A program made the translations under genes and the position numbers. The notes beneath the pieces were generated by a model. The model worked only from the letters and a program-made list of their open reading frames with translations. It had not been told where the DNA came from and ran no database searches. A stretch of 64,000 bases of DNA from an uncultured Clostridia bacterium (GTDB lineage Bacteria > Bacillota > Clostridia > Christensenellales > CAG-314): assembly GCA_947625725.1 (NCBI GenBank), contig CANQPI010000001.1, positions 22,085-86,084 on the forward strand, in the 5' to 3' direction. Of the stretch, positions 21,486 to 30,451 are shown piece by piece. Numbering within the stretch: the first letter of the stretch is position 1; each line of letters begins with the position of its first letter.

Positions 21486-22102
21486 GTTCAAGGGCAATGC
21501 CAACAAAAGACTGGACGGGCAATGTCAAAAGCATATTCGTGTGCAACGGTGCGAGCAATCATAGCGATAGCGAGCGACAATGCGACGATTACTACGCAAC
21601 TGAGCCCAAGGCGACGCAAAAGTTGTGTGAAGTCGAGAAATTCACCGACACCGTTTGGGAATGTGCATGCGGAGGCGGACATATGGTGCGAGCCTTGCAG
21701 GAGAGCGGCTACAACGTGATTGCCTCCGATATAGTCAATCGGGGAGGAACGGATTCAATGGAAGAGATTGACTTTCTCTCAACGGAACACTCCGATTTCG
21801 ATATAATCACCAACCCACCGTACAAATACGCGAAAGAGTTTGTGGAGCATGCACTAGATATTGTCGATAACGGGCGGAAGGTGGCAATGTTTCTGAAGTT
21901 GACGTTCTTAGAAAGCAAAGCGAGACGGGAGTTGTTTAAGAGATACCCGCCAAAAAGAATTTTGGTCTTCTCAGAAAGAGTACAGTGCGCAAAGAACGGT
22001 GACTTTAAGGCTTATAAACAAGGTGGCAGTAATGCGGTTGCCTACGCTTGGTATATTTGGGAGAAAGGTTATAAAGGAGAACCCACTGTCGGGTGGATAT
22101 AG
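21482..22102 (+). CDS. N6-adenine DNA methyltransferase
   Basis: ITNPPY catalytic motif; ECACGGGH AdoMet-binding-like motif; ATGA start/stop overlap. Confidence 0.85.
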   Translation: MSSRAMPTKDWTGNVKSIFVCNGASNHSDSERQCDDYYATEPKATQKLCEVEKFTDTVWECACGGGHMVRALQESGYNVIASDIVNRGGTDSMEEIDFLSTEHSDFDIITNPPYKYAKEFVEHALDIVDNGRKVAMFLKLTFLESKARRELFKRYPPKRILVFSERVQCAKNGDFKAYKQGGSNAVAYAWYIWEKGYKGEPTVGWI

Positions 22103-22119
22103 AACGGGAGGTTGATGAT

Positions 22120-22287
22120 ATGACTAACAGAGAGTGGCTCGAAAGTTTGAGCGATGAGGAATTGGCCATAGTGATAGGCGGGTGTACTTGTTGTATTTAT
22201 GACGACATAGACAATTGCGCAGACAAGGACAGCACTTGTTGCGATGGACGGTTGAAGTGGCTCCAAGCCGAACACAGGGAGACATAA
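22120..22287 (+). CDS. hypothetical small Cys-rich protein
   Basis: Start at M10; MTNREWLESLSDEELA... Confidence 0.55.
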   Translation: MTNREWLESLSDEELAIVIGGCTCCIYDDIDNCADKDSTCCDGRLKWLQAEHRET

Positions 22288-22288
22288 A

Positions 22289-22483
22289 ATGATTGGAGTA
22301 AAGATTGTATTGGGTATTATTTCAGCACTTTTTGTGTGTTGTGCATTAGTTATGTTTTTTGCTGAAATAGACACTTGGCGCGACACTTCGCAGGAAATAC
22401 CCAAAAGCCTTAGTATTATCATTAGCTTGATATTGTTTGCTATTGGCGTAGGCGGTATAGTGCTTGCTTGCATAAAATGGTAA
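22289..22483 (+). CDS. small membrane protein (2 TM)
   Basis: 64 aa with two hydrophobic helices. Confidence 0.6.
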   Translation: MIGVKIVLGIISALFVCCALVMFFAEIDTWRDTSQEIPKSLSIIISLILFAIGVGGIVLACIKW

Positions 22484-22508
22484 CAATTTGTAAAAATGAG
22501 GTGAAAGT

Positions 22509-22772
22509 ATGAACGATATTGTTAAAGAACTAAACGAGGTTGGGTTAGAATTAAATTGGGGTTCTGTGGATAGAATTGACGGTATGCCAAAAAACGTTGC
22601 TATTGTGCAAAGGGCTATTGCGGAACTTGAAAAGTATAAAAAGGCATTGGCGTTGGCAAGCGAGGTCGCGGCAAGGTGTGATTGTCCAGACCGAGAATGG
22701 AAGTGTGTAGGCAAAGACTGCACCATATGTTGGCAGGAATTCTTTTTGAAACAAGCGGAGGCAGAACGATGA
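22509..22772 (+). CDS. hypothetical protein
   Basis: 87-aa ORF with GAGGTG RBS. Confidence 0.65.
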   Translation: MNDIVKELNEVGLELNWGSVDRIDGMPKNVAIVQRAIAELEKYKKALALASEVAARCDCPDREWKCVGKDCTICWQEFFLKQAEAER

Positions 22773-22882
22773 GCAATAAAGCAGGTACGGTTTGTCCGTT
22801 GTGCAGGTGGTTTGTTTACGACGGAATGGGCGGATATTGCAAGAAACCAGATATGTGCGTTGGTCCTCAATGGAAGAAATGA
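22769..22882 (+). CDS. possible 37-aa Cys-rich protein
   Basis: ATGA overlap with the upstream stop; MSNKAGTVCPLCRWFVYDG... Confidence 0.4.
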   Translation: MSNKAGTVCPLCRWFVYDGMGGYCKKPDMCVGPQWKK

Positions 22883-22938
22883 GAGCCATCATCCCAGGCG
22901 AGACAAATCATAGATTGCGATAATTAAGGAGTTATTTG

Positions 22939-23088
22939 ATGATCAAGGAAACAACAAAAATACTAAAGCAAATGCTTCAAGACATTATGATGCCCAATGG
23001 TTGTGTTATGGAACGCGACATTCAAAATAACGGCGAACTGCTCAGTGCGGTTCTCTATTCACTAGCATCGGCGGGGTACCATAAATGA
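22939..23088 (+). CDS. possible 49-aa protein
   Basis: TAAGGAG 8 nt upstream; stop overlaps the next start (ATGA). Confidence 0.45.
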   Translation: MIKETTKILKQMLQDIMMPNGCVMERDIQNNGELLSAVLYSLASAGYHK

Positions 23089-23279
23089 AAATTATTCAGC
23101 CCGATTGTTCGTTCACGGAGGCAGCGCGCGTTTGCAAGGAACGCATGACAACTAACCTTGCGGTACCCTGTGGAAGTTGCCCCATAGCACCGGTATGTGT
23201 TGCTTGTTTCAAGGTGCCACCTTGCGAGTGGGAGAATACGGCGCGCGTAAATTTTGGCGAGGTGGATGATGGAAGTTAA
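23085..23279 (+). CDS. hypothetical small Cys-rich protein
   Basis: 64-aa ORF coupled to neighbours. Confidence 0.55.
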   Translation: MKIIQPDCSFTEAARVCKERMTTNLAVPCGSCPIAPVCVACFKVPPCEWENTARVNFGEVDDGS

Positions 23280-24591
23280 AGTCTGTGATGCGCTCTGCGG
23301 TGCTGGCAAGACTATGAGTTGCATCAACATGATGAACGCGGATACAGAGAACAAATACATCTTCATCACGCCGTACCTTGACGAGGTGGAGCGCATACGC
23401 AAAGGTTGTTCTGAACGGCATTTCATATCTCCGGAAAGGAAGGCAAGCAATGGTTATTCTAAACTCCGCGATTTGCCGCAGTTGCTCCGTGATGGTGAAA
23501 ATATAGCCAGCACCCACGCGCTGTTCTCCTGCTATAACGAAGAGATAAAAGACCTCATTCGGGGCAGCAATTATATCCTAGTGCTTGACGAAGTGATAGA
23601 TTTGTTCCAACCGGTCGACATTGATATTGGAGATGTGGAGTTTCTGACTCGGAATAAGATCGCCAAGCGTGATGGCGACAACGTTGTGTGGAGTGACGAT
23701 AAATATACGGGAGAAGCGTTCAATGAAGTGATGCGGATATCGCAGTCAAAGAATATGGTCGATTACGACGGTAGTTTCTATTTCTGGTCTTTGCCTATCG
23801 ATGTTTTCAAATGTTTTAAGGAAGTTTACGTTTTAACCTATTTGTTTGAATACCAACTTTTACGATATTTCTTTGACGTTAATCACGTCGAATACAAACT
23901 AATTGGAACGAGGCTCAGCAACGGCCGATATGAGTTTTGTGATATGAGCGAAATGCGTAGGCAACGCGATCTTCGCAATAAAATTCACATTGTTTACAAC
24001 GAAAAATACAACGAAATTGGAAATAAATGCTATTCTTTATCATCGAAATGGTTTATGCGTTCGCAAAAAGAGCCTAACCAACCCAACCTACGAGTTCTCA
24101 AGTCCAATATTTACAATGTGTTCCGACAGATGAAGGCGGGGGCAGATGACAAACTGTGGACTACCCTAAACAAGTACAGGGGATACCTCAAAGGGAAAGG
24201 GTATTCAAATGGGTTCATAACTTTCAACAAGCGGGCGACAAATGATTATTCGGATAAGCACTATTTGGCATATTGCGTCAACGTGTATATGATGCCCTGG
24301 ATGAAAAACTATCTTGTGCGGCTCGGCGCGCCTGACGTTAATCAAGACATGTATGCCCTGTCGGTTCTCATACAATGGCTCTTCCGCTCCGCTGTGCGCA
24401 AAGGGGAGGATGTATGGATTTACATACCGAGCAAACGGATGAGATATTTGCTCCACGAATGGATTCAAAACTTGGCGCGGGGAGAGGATCTGCGCGAAAT
24501 CAAATTTGATGTAAAGAAAGCAACAAAATTAAATGAAGCGGGATACGCCTTAACCAAGGCGAGCAAGACTAAAAAGGAGGGAGCCAAATGA
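23266..24591 (+). CDS. P-loop NTPase, SF2 helicase-like
   Basis: Walker A CGAGKT near the N-terminus, Walker B/DExx-like LVLDEV; immediately upstream of the RNAP-like gene. Confidence 0.55.
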   Translation: MMEVKVCDALCGAGKTMSCINMMNADTENKYIFITPYLDEVERIRKGCSERHFISPERKASNGYSKLRDLPQLLRDGENIASTHALFSCYNEEIKDLIRGSNYILVLDEVIDLFQPVDIDIGDVEFLTRNKIAKRDGDNVVWSDDKYTGEAFNEVMRISQSKNMVDYDGSFYFWSLPIDVFKCFKEVYVLTYLFEYQLLRYFFDVNHVEYKLIGTRLSNGRYEFCDMSEMRRQRDLRNKIHIVYNEKYNEIGNKCYSLSSKWFMRSQKEPNQPNLRVLKSNIYNVFRQMKAGADDKLWTTLNKYRGYLKGKGYSNGFITFNKRATNDYSDKHYLAYCVNVYMMPWMKNYLVRLGAPDVNQDMYALSVLIQWLFRSAVRKGEDVWIYIPSKRMRYLLHEWIQNLARGEDLREIKFDVKKATKLNEAGYALTKASKTKKEGAK

Positions 24592-24758
24592 AAACTTGCA
24601 ATAACTGCCTGTGGTACGACAAATGCGACCACGCGGCGAGATGTGAGTTCTATGACCCCATTGAAGGAGCAGATACGGATGCATTGCATGAATACAACGC
24701 GTATCTGAAACAAATGGCACAGGAAGACGAAGATACAATAAATGACCAAAACTCGTGA
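24588..24758 (+). CDS. possible 56-aa Cys-rich protein
   Basis: AGGAGG 7 nt upstream, ATGA overlap; MKTCNNCLWYDKCDHAARCEFYD... Confidence 0.5.
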   Translation: MKTCNNCLWYDKCDHAARCEFYDPIEGADTDALHEYNAYLKQMAQEDEDTINDQNS

Positions 24759-24769
24759 GGAGATAGTGA

Positions 24770-27553
24770 ATGAGTAACTCAATAAGGTTAATGTCGGTTG
24801 AAGCCAAAGACCTTTACAACGTAATGATACGGGCGGACGATGCGCAGTATAAAATCCGAGACAAGTCGGGTTTGCTTAGGTTATCGCGGTTTACCAACAC
24901 GTATGATTACTCCTTGGATCTCATTAAACTGTTGGAAATATATCGGCGTAAATATCGGAATGATAGGTTCGCTGTACAAATTGGTCGCCATAAGTACACT
25001 CAACAGATTATCAACGTCACGTTCAAGTACAGCGCCAAGATATACAACTTATGTGGCAAAAACACCTATGTCAAACTAGGCTACAATTACAGCGACTGCG
25101 ATTTCCAAGACGGCGTATATATTAAGGACGGCGAGCTGATTGGGATTCAAACCAACGTAGAGGTGGCGGAGCCTGTGGACAGGGCCATACTTGGTAAGTA
25201 CTTCGCGTTCGTCGATGGGCATTACGAGCAGATTGGAAATATACCCGTTGCCATGGACAGAGCAGCACTGCGCTCGTATTTGTATGCCAATGGGTTTGTT
25301 TGCGATGGCATAAGGTATGTACGATACAAACGTTCTGCGGGAGCAAGTCGTGTTGGGAAATGCTTGTTTATCAATGAGGTACTGTACAAAGACATTCACA
25401 AATGGGATTTGTGCGGTCTAGACATTAAAGACAATCAGCAAATTGATCTCGCATCCTTTGAGGCGTATACGGCATTGTCCATGAGCAGCATCATAGACAC
25501 TCTTGAAATTCCCGCAAACAGTATTTTGGTTATTGATGACTATTCAAGCAAGTTCAAAGACGATGTCGTAATGGTGACATCTAAAGATGGCAAGCTCGCA
25601 TCGCAACGAAAGACGGTTGAATTTTCTAACAGCATTTGGGACGGCGAGTCTTTGTTGGATATCAGTATGTTCGGTTCCTATTCTGACAAGGGAATGTTAT
25701 TGCTACGTAATCGCTTCTTCAAAACTTGTGCGTTCAACACCAACATTCAAAAGTGGTTTGAGGACAACGGCATAACCAGCGTAAAGCAATTAAATGGGTT
25801 TACATTGGCGACGGATATTAGCCAAATCAAACTTATAACAACGCCAAATAGCATAAAGTATTTGAAGTTTGGAACAATAGAGCAATGGCTCGAAAACATA
25901 GAGCCGATATTTGGAATAGTAAAGTACGAAAAAGAAACTCACTATTTTGACGGTCGAATGGTTCAATGCCATTATCAACTTCTCAATACATTGCAATTAT
26001 CATATGACGAAGTGGAACGACTGCTACGTCCCTCATTGGAGTATATCGGGCAGGTAAGAAGCGATCCCGATGTGTTGCGCTACCATATCGGATATCCATT
26101 CCGAGCCGAGCAAGAAGATGGCGAACTCAACCCTTTGAAGTCCAAGAACGACATAGTATTCAAGATGCTTGGCATCAACAATGATTTCGCCAAGACGCAA
26201 CTGTACAAGGAATTTCGCAACGACATCGTAAAAGGGTTCATGCGCAACCTAAAACAGGGGCACCTACTTTTGCACGGCAACTATTCGACGTTGTTAGGCA
26301 ATGGCGTAGAAATGTTGCAGCAAGCAATAGGGGAGTTCCGCGGATACGGTGTCATTGAGCCGGGGTGTATTCATAGCACGAAGTTCAACTACGGTGCAAC
26401 AATTTTGGCTTCGCGGAGTCCTCACATCACGATGGGCAATATCTATCTGGCGCGCAATGTGGCGAACGAGCAGATTGACAGATATTTTAACCTAACCAAT
26501 GAGATAGTTTATATCAACGCCATCGACGAGAACATTCAGCAACGCCTCAATGGGTGTGACTACGATAGCGACAGTATCCTGTTGACGGATAATGAAATAC
26601 TCATAGATGCGGCGCAGAAAAACTATCGCTTGTTCAAGGTGCCGACCTGCTTTGTTGAGTCGCAAAAAACTAACAGATATTATAACGACGAGCACAAAGC
26701 AGACCTTGATGTCAAGACGAGTGTCAACAAAATAGGCGAGATAGTCAATCTGTCACAGCAACTTAACAGCTTGTTTTGGGAACATATCAACGAAGGGCAT
26801 ACGTTCGGCGAGTGCGAAGAACTCTACAATGATATATGCAAACTAGCAGTGCTATCTGGTATTGAAATTGACAAGGCTAAGCGTGAATATGTCATTAACA
26901 GTGCCAACGAGATAGAGCGGCTCAAATCTAAGTACAAACTCATCCAAGACGACAAGCAGGTCAAGCCAATGTTTTTCAAGATGATAACCTTGGAAAACGG
27001 ATTCGAACTCAGCGACAAGGTGCATTACAGGTATTTCGCCACTACAATGGATTACTTGCAACAAATCATTGCCAAAACGAATTTCCGCCAGGCCCGCAAG
27101 TATGCCATCAAGCCTGTGCCATTTATGGACATAGTACGCCGCCCTGAGGGCAACTTATCCGGTGGTTCATATAGTTTGCGGCGCGACTTAATCATCGACA
27201 TTGTGCGTACAGCAAAAGAGGATATTAGAATCCTATACGCCGACTACGACACAAAAAGTGATGAGGATAGAATGTTTGTTTGGGCACGAGCTGCCGAGCG
27301 CAAGCAAGATTGCATCGACGCCATCGACAGAATATCCCAAGACGAGTTCCTGATGTACTCAATTCTCAAAGAGTTGGATGCGAAGGAAACCAGAGACGTG
27401 TACAGATTTATGTTTGAGGTGTTGTTCGGTGAACCAAACCAAGCCTTTTTCACAATGATCGAGCGCAGTAAAGAGCCTCTATATCGCCTTGAAGAAAGCA
27501 ATGATGGCGACATAAAATTATACGATTTTAACTTCGGGAAAGTCGCTGCATAG
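24770..27553 (+). CDS. single-subunit two-barrel RNA polymerase, YonO / RdRP-like
   Basis: ILASRSPHITMGNIYL ... LNGCDYDSDSILLT matches the RdRP/YonO pattern (R/K-N/S-P-x-h-H-x-G-D/N ... G-x-D-h-D-G/S-D); upstream basic YKRSAGASRVGKCLF segment; 927 aa. Confidence 0.65.
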   Translation: MSNSIRLMSVEAKDLYNVMIRADDAQYKIRDKSGLLRLSRFTNTYDYSLDLIKLLEIYRRKYRNDRFAVQIGRHKYTQQIINVTFKYSAKIYNLCGKNTYVKLGYNYSDCDFQDGVYIKDGELIGIQTNVEVAEPVDRAILGKYFAFVDGHYEQIGNIPVAMDRAALRSYLYANGFVCDGIRYVRYKRSAGASRVGKCLFINEVLYKDIHKWDLCGLDIKDNQQIDLASFEAYTALSMSSIIDTLEIPANSILVIDDYSSKFKDDVVMVTSKDGKLASQRKTVEFSNSIWDGESLLDISMFGSYSDKGMLLLRNRFFKTCAFNTNIQKWFEDNGITSVKQLNGFTLATDISQIKLITTPNSIKYLKFGTIEQWLENIEPIFGIVKYEKETHYFDGRMVQCHYQLLNTLQLSYDEVERLLRPSLEYIGQVRSDPDVLRYHIGYPFRAEQEDGELNPLKSKNDIVFKMLGINNDFAKTQLYKEFRNDIVKGFMRNLKQGHLLLHGNYSTLLGNGVEMLQQAIGEFRGYGVIEPGCIHSTKFNYGATILASRSPHITMGNIYLARNVANEQIDRYFNLTNEIVYINAIDENIQQRLNGCDYDSDSILLTDNEILIDAAQKNYRLFKVPTCFVESQKTNRYYNDEHKADLDVKTSVNKIGEIVNLSQQLNSLFWEHINEGHTFGECEELYNDICKLAVLSGIEIDKAKREYVINSANEIERLKSKYKLIQDDKQVKPMFFKMITLENGFELSDKVHYRYFATTMDYLQQIIAKTNFRQARKYAIKPVPFMDIVRRPEGNLSGGSYSLRRDLIIDIVRTAKEDIRILYADYDTKSDEDRMFVWARAAERKQDCIDAIDRISQDEFLMYSILKELDAKETRDVYRFMFEVLFGEPNQAFFTMIERSKEPLYRLEESNDGDIKLYDFNFGKVAA

Positions 27554-27861
27554 GTGTAAATTTTCATAACATTTCTATTTCATTTTTCAAAATTTAGATA
27601 AAATATTTCGACCATTTTTTGCAATTTTACCCCAATTTTTGTCCGAAACCCTTAAAAAATTTTTCCAGAAAATTTTGAACCCCCCCCTATAGCAGGGGTG
27701 TTTCAGAGCAAAATGCAACCCTCGCTTAATTGCCGTATATGGAGAGAGACGACCAGGAGGTCGCCGAGAGCGTGATTGCGGCGTGCTCCGACAGCCTTCA
27801 TTTTGCCCGACGGCAGGGTGCGGACGGTTTGAATTTTTATCAAAGGAGACCAACTGATATT

Positions 27862-29103
27862 ATGATACAACTTACAAAGATGCCCAACGAAAGCGAAGAA
27901 CAATTTATTTGGCGACTGGGCAGAGCAAAGGACTGCGGTGAGCTTGACCTTGAATGGGAGGAAATCGCAGATATCATCAACAAGGAGTGTCGCGAAGACG
28001 AAAGTGAGTACCGCAACGAGTCGGCTTATCGGAAGCCGTATCAACAAGCCAAAAGGTTCTATGAAGCGGGCGTCTTTAAGGACCTAACGGCAGAAGCATA
28101 TATCAAAATTATGCAAGAACAAACGCGCAGCCTCAAAATGGAAAAGCAGAAGGTGCGCGACGAAAAGTTAGAACTCAATAGGTGGATGCGCCAGCAAGCG
28201 CGCGACGAACTCATCTGCGAGAAGATATGCGATGAAGTCAAAGCCCTCCCTCCTGTGGAGTTTCCCGCACTGATACCATGCGAGCCGAGAAACACGGAGG
28301 CAGTTTTGTGTTTCGCCGATACCCACTATGGAACGGAGTTCGAGATTAAAGGTCTGTTCGGCAATGTATTGAACCGTTATAGCCCCGAGATATTCGGCGA
28401 AAGAATGTTTAACTTGCTGTGCCAAGCTATACGCATAATCGAGGAAAAGGGGCTAACCAGACTACATGTTTTCTCCCTGGGAGATGAAATCGACGGCATA
28501 CTTCGGGTATCGCAACTCATGAAACTCAGACATGGCGTCGTTGAGTCCACAATCCAATACGCCGAGTACATCAGCAATTGGCTCAATGAATTGACGAAGC
28601 ACGTTCACGTAGATTTCTATTCGGTTTGCGGCAATCACACTGAACTTCGGATGCTTGGTCAACCCAAGGGAACGTTTACAGAGGACAACATGACAATGGT
28701 CATTAACGAGTTCATCAAAACGCGCCTTGCGGACAACGCGAACTTCACATTCCATCACAACGAAACAGGCTTGATTTACAACAACATATGCGGATATAAC
28801 GTTCTCGGAATACATGGTGAGGTCAAAAACCTTGGAATGGCGCTGACCACTTTCACCAACACATACGGAGTTATGATTGACATTCTTGTGGGTGCACACA
28901 AACACCATCTCAGTATGGAAACGGTGGGGCGTGATAAGGAGGTCATCAGTGTTCCATCTGTAATAGGCATAGATGACTATGCAATGTCGCTTGGAAAGAC
29001 CTCAAACCCTGGCGCGCTGATGTTCTTTGTGGAAGAGGGCAAGGGCATAGTGGAACAGAGGAACTTGAAATTGAATGACGGCAACACGCCCGTCGGAAAG
29101 TAG
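27862..29103 (+). CDS. calcineurin-like metallophosphoesterase with N-terminal helical domain
   Basis: FADTHYG, LGDEIDG, CGNHTE, GIHGE, GAHKHH motifs. Start uncertain (27862 chosen; the ORF is open from 27730). Confidence 0.75.
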   Translation: MIQLTKMPNESEEQFIWRLGRAKDCGELDLEWEEIADIINKECREDESEYRNESAYRKPYQQAKRFYEAGVFKDLTAEAYIKIMQEQTRSLKMEKQKVRDEKLELNRWMRQQARDELICEKICDEVKALPPVEFPALIPCEPRNTEAVLCFADTHYGTEFEIKGLFGNVLNRYSPEIFGERMFNLLCQAIRIIEEKGLTRLHVFSLGDEIDGILRVSQLMKLRHGVVESTIQYAEYISNWLNELTKHVHVDFYSVCGNHTELRMLGQPKGTFTEDNMTMVINEFIKTRLADNANFTFHHNETGLIYNNICGYNVLGIHGEVKNLGMALTTFTNTYGVMIDILVGAHKHHLSMETVGRDKEVISVPSVIGIDDYAMSLGKTSNPGALMFFVEEGKGIVEQRNLKLNDGNTPVGK

Positions 29104-29113
29104 GAGGGATAAA

Positions 29114-29395
29114 ATGCTTAACGCAACACAATTTAGCCGTCTGCTTGCAGAAAGCAGAGGCATTACATATCAGCACGCAAAGGAAATTACGGACACAGTA
29201 TTCTCGATGTTGGGGGAAGTTTTATACGAACGGGGTGAAGATGTTAGCATCTATGGCGTCGGTTCGTTCAAGCACAAGATTGCCAAGGAAAAGAATACCA
29301 GACATCCGGCAACGGGAGAAATAATTCGTGTCCCCGAGCGCATTTACATCAAGTTCAACGAGTCGGAAGCGCGGACAATAACTTACGCAGAATAG
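29114..29395 (+). CDS. hup: HU/IHF-family DNA-binding protein
   Basis: GVGSFKHKIAKEKNTRHPATGEIIRVPERIYIKF matches the HU beta-arm pattern; AGGAGGG RBS. Confidence 0.85.
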   Translation: MLNATQFSRLLAESRGITYQHAKEITDTVFSMLGEVLYERGEDVSIYGVGSFKHKIAKEKNTRHPATGEIIRVPERIYIKFNESEARTITYAE

Positions 29396-29404
29396 GTGGG
29401 CGCA

Positions 29405-30397
29405 ATGAAGAAACTTGATGCGATCACAAGTGCCGAATGGGGTGAGGTGTGCGACTTTAACAAACAATTGTTGGAGTCGTTCCTATGTGACTCGGTGGAA
29501 CTTTCGGAAAAGTCCAAACGAGCCTATGAGTCAAATCTTAAAATATGGTTTGTCTGGGTAAAGAACAACCTCGGCAACAAGTCACAAATTGACATTAAAC
29601 CTTTGGATTACAAAAGATTTCAGAATTGGATGGTAAACAGAGGCTGTTCATCAGCCGACGTTAACAACAAAAGAGCCGCAATTTCTTCTCTGAACGGATA
29701 CATCGAGATTTATTTTCACGACACATATCCCATGTTTCGCAACTTTATCAACAAATCTATCAAGCGCCCGCCAACAAAGGTCGTGCGAGAGAAGATACCA
29801 TTAACGAAAGCGGAGTTTCGGCATCTGGTGGATGAGTTGCGAAAGCGGGGCGAATATCAAATGGTGGCATATGTACTATTCACATTTGACACAGGATGCC
29901 GCAGAGAGGAAAGCCGCCAACTCACAAAAGATGTGGTCGCGGCAAACCCAATTATCGCTCGTCGCTCGGTGATAGATGATGAGGGGAACTCCGTCGACAA
30001 GGAAATTCGGCTGTACCACACAAAACCCATCCGATGCAAAGGGGCTAAGATAAGGCGATTGACCTTTGGAGAGGAAGCGATGATTGCTCTCAAAGAGTGG
30101 CTTGACGTCCGCGGAGATGACGATTGCCCCTATATGTTTGTGTCTAAATATGGCGGCGTTACCAAGCAAGTGAGCGAAACCACGTTCAACGCTTGGTTCA
30201 CCAATACGATTTCGCAGATAGTCGGACGCTCCGTTCATCCCCACACCCTCAGAGCGAGCAGGGCCACGCAAGCCGTCGTGGAAGACGGGAAAGATGTAGA
30301 GGCGGTGCGCCAACTACTTGGACACGAAGACCAAAGCACGACGCTTAATTACTATATCGTTAAGGAAGACGATGACGATGTAGGTGATTTGTTTTAG
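29405..30397 (+). CDS. tyrosine recombinase / phage integrase family
   Basis: HPHTLRASRAT and LLGHEDQSTTLNYY (R..HxxR..Y catalytic set). Confidence 0.85.
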   Translation: MKKLDAITSAEWGEVCDFNKQLLESFLCDSVELSEKSKRAYESNLKIWFVWVKNNLGNKSQIDIKPLDYKRFQNWMVNRGCSSADVNNKRAAISSLNGYIEIYFHDTYPMFRNFINKSIKRPPTKVVREKIPLTKAEFRHLVDELRKRGEYQMVAYVLFTFDTGCRREESRQLTKDVVAANPIIARRSVIDDEGNSVDKEIRLYHTKPIRCKGAKIRRLTFGEEAMIALKEWLDVRGDDDCPYMFVSKYGGVTKQVSETTFNAWFTNTISQIVGRSVHPHTLRASRATQAVVEDGKDVEAVRQLLGHEDQSTTLNYYIVKEDDDDVGDLF

Positions 30398-30451
30398 TCG
30401 ATACTGCTATATGTGATGGTATCGGCTTATCAAGGAATAAAAGGAGGGCAT

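Noticed and set aside
27730-27861. N-terminal extension of the metallophosphoesterase ORF (start at 27730 or 27739)
   Set aside because: The upstream ATGs lack RBSs and lie inside the putative regulatory region. The ATG at 27862 follows AAGGAG, though with a long 13-nt spacing, so the start remains uncertain.
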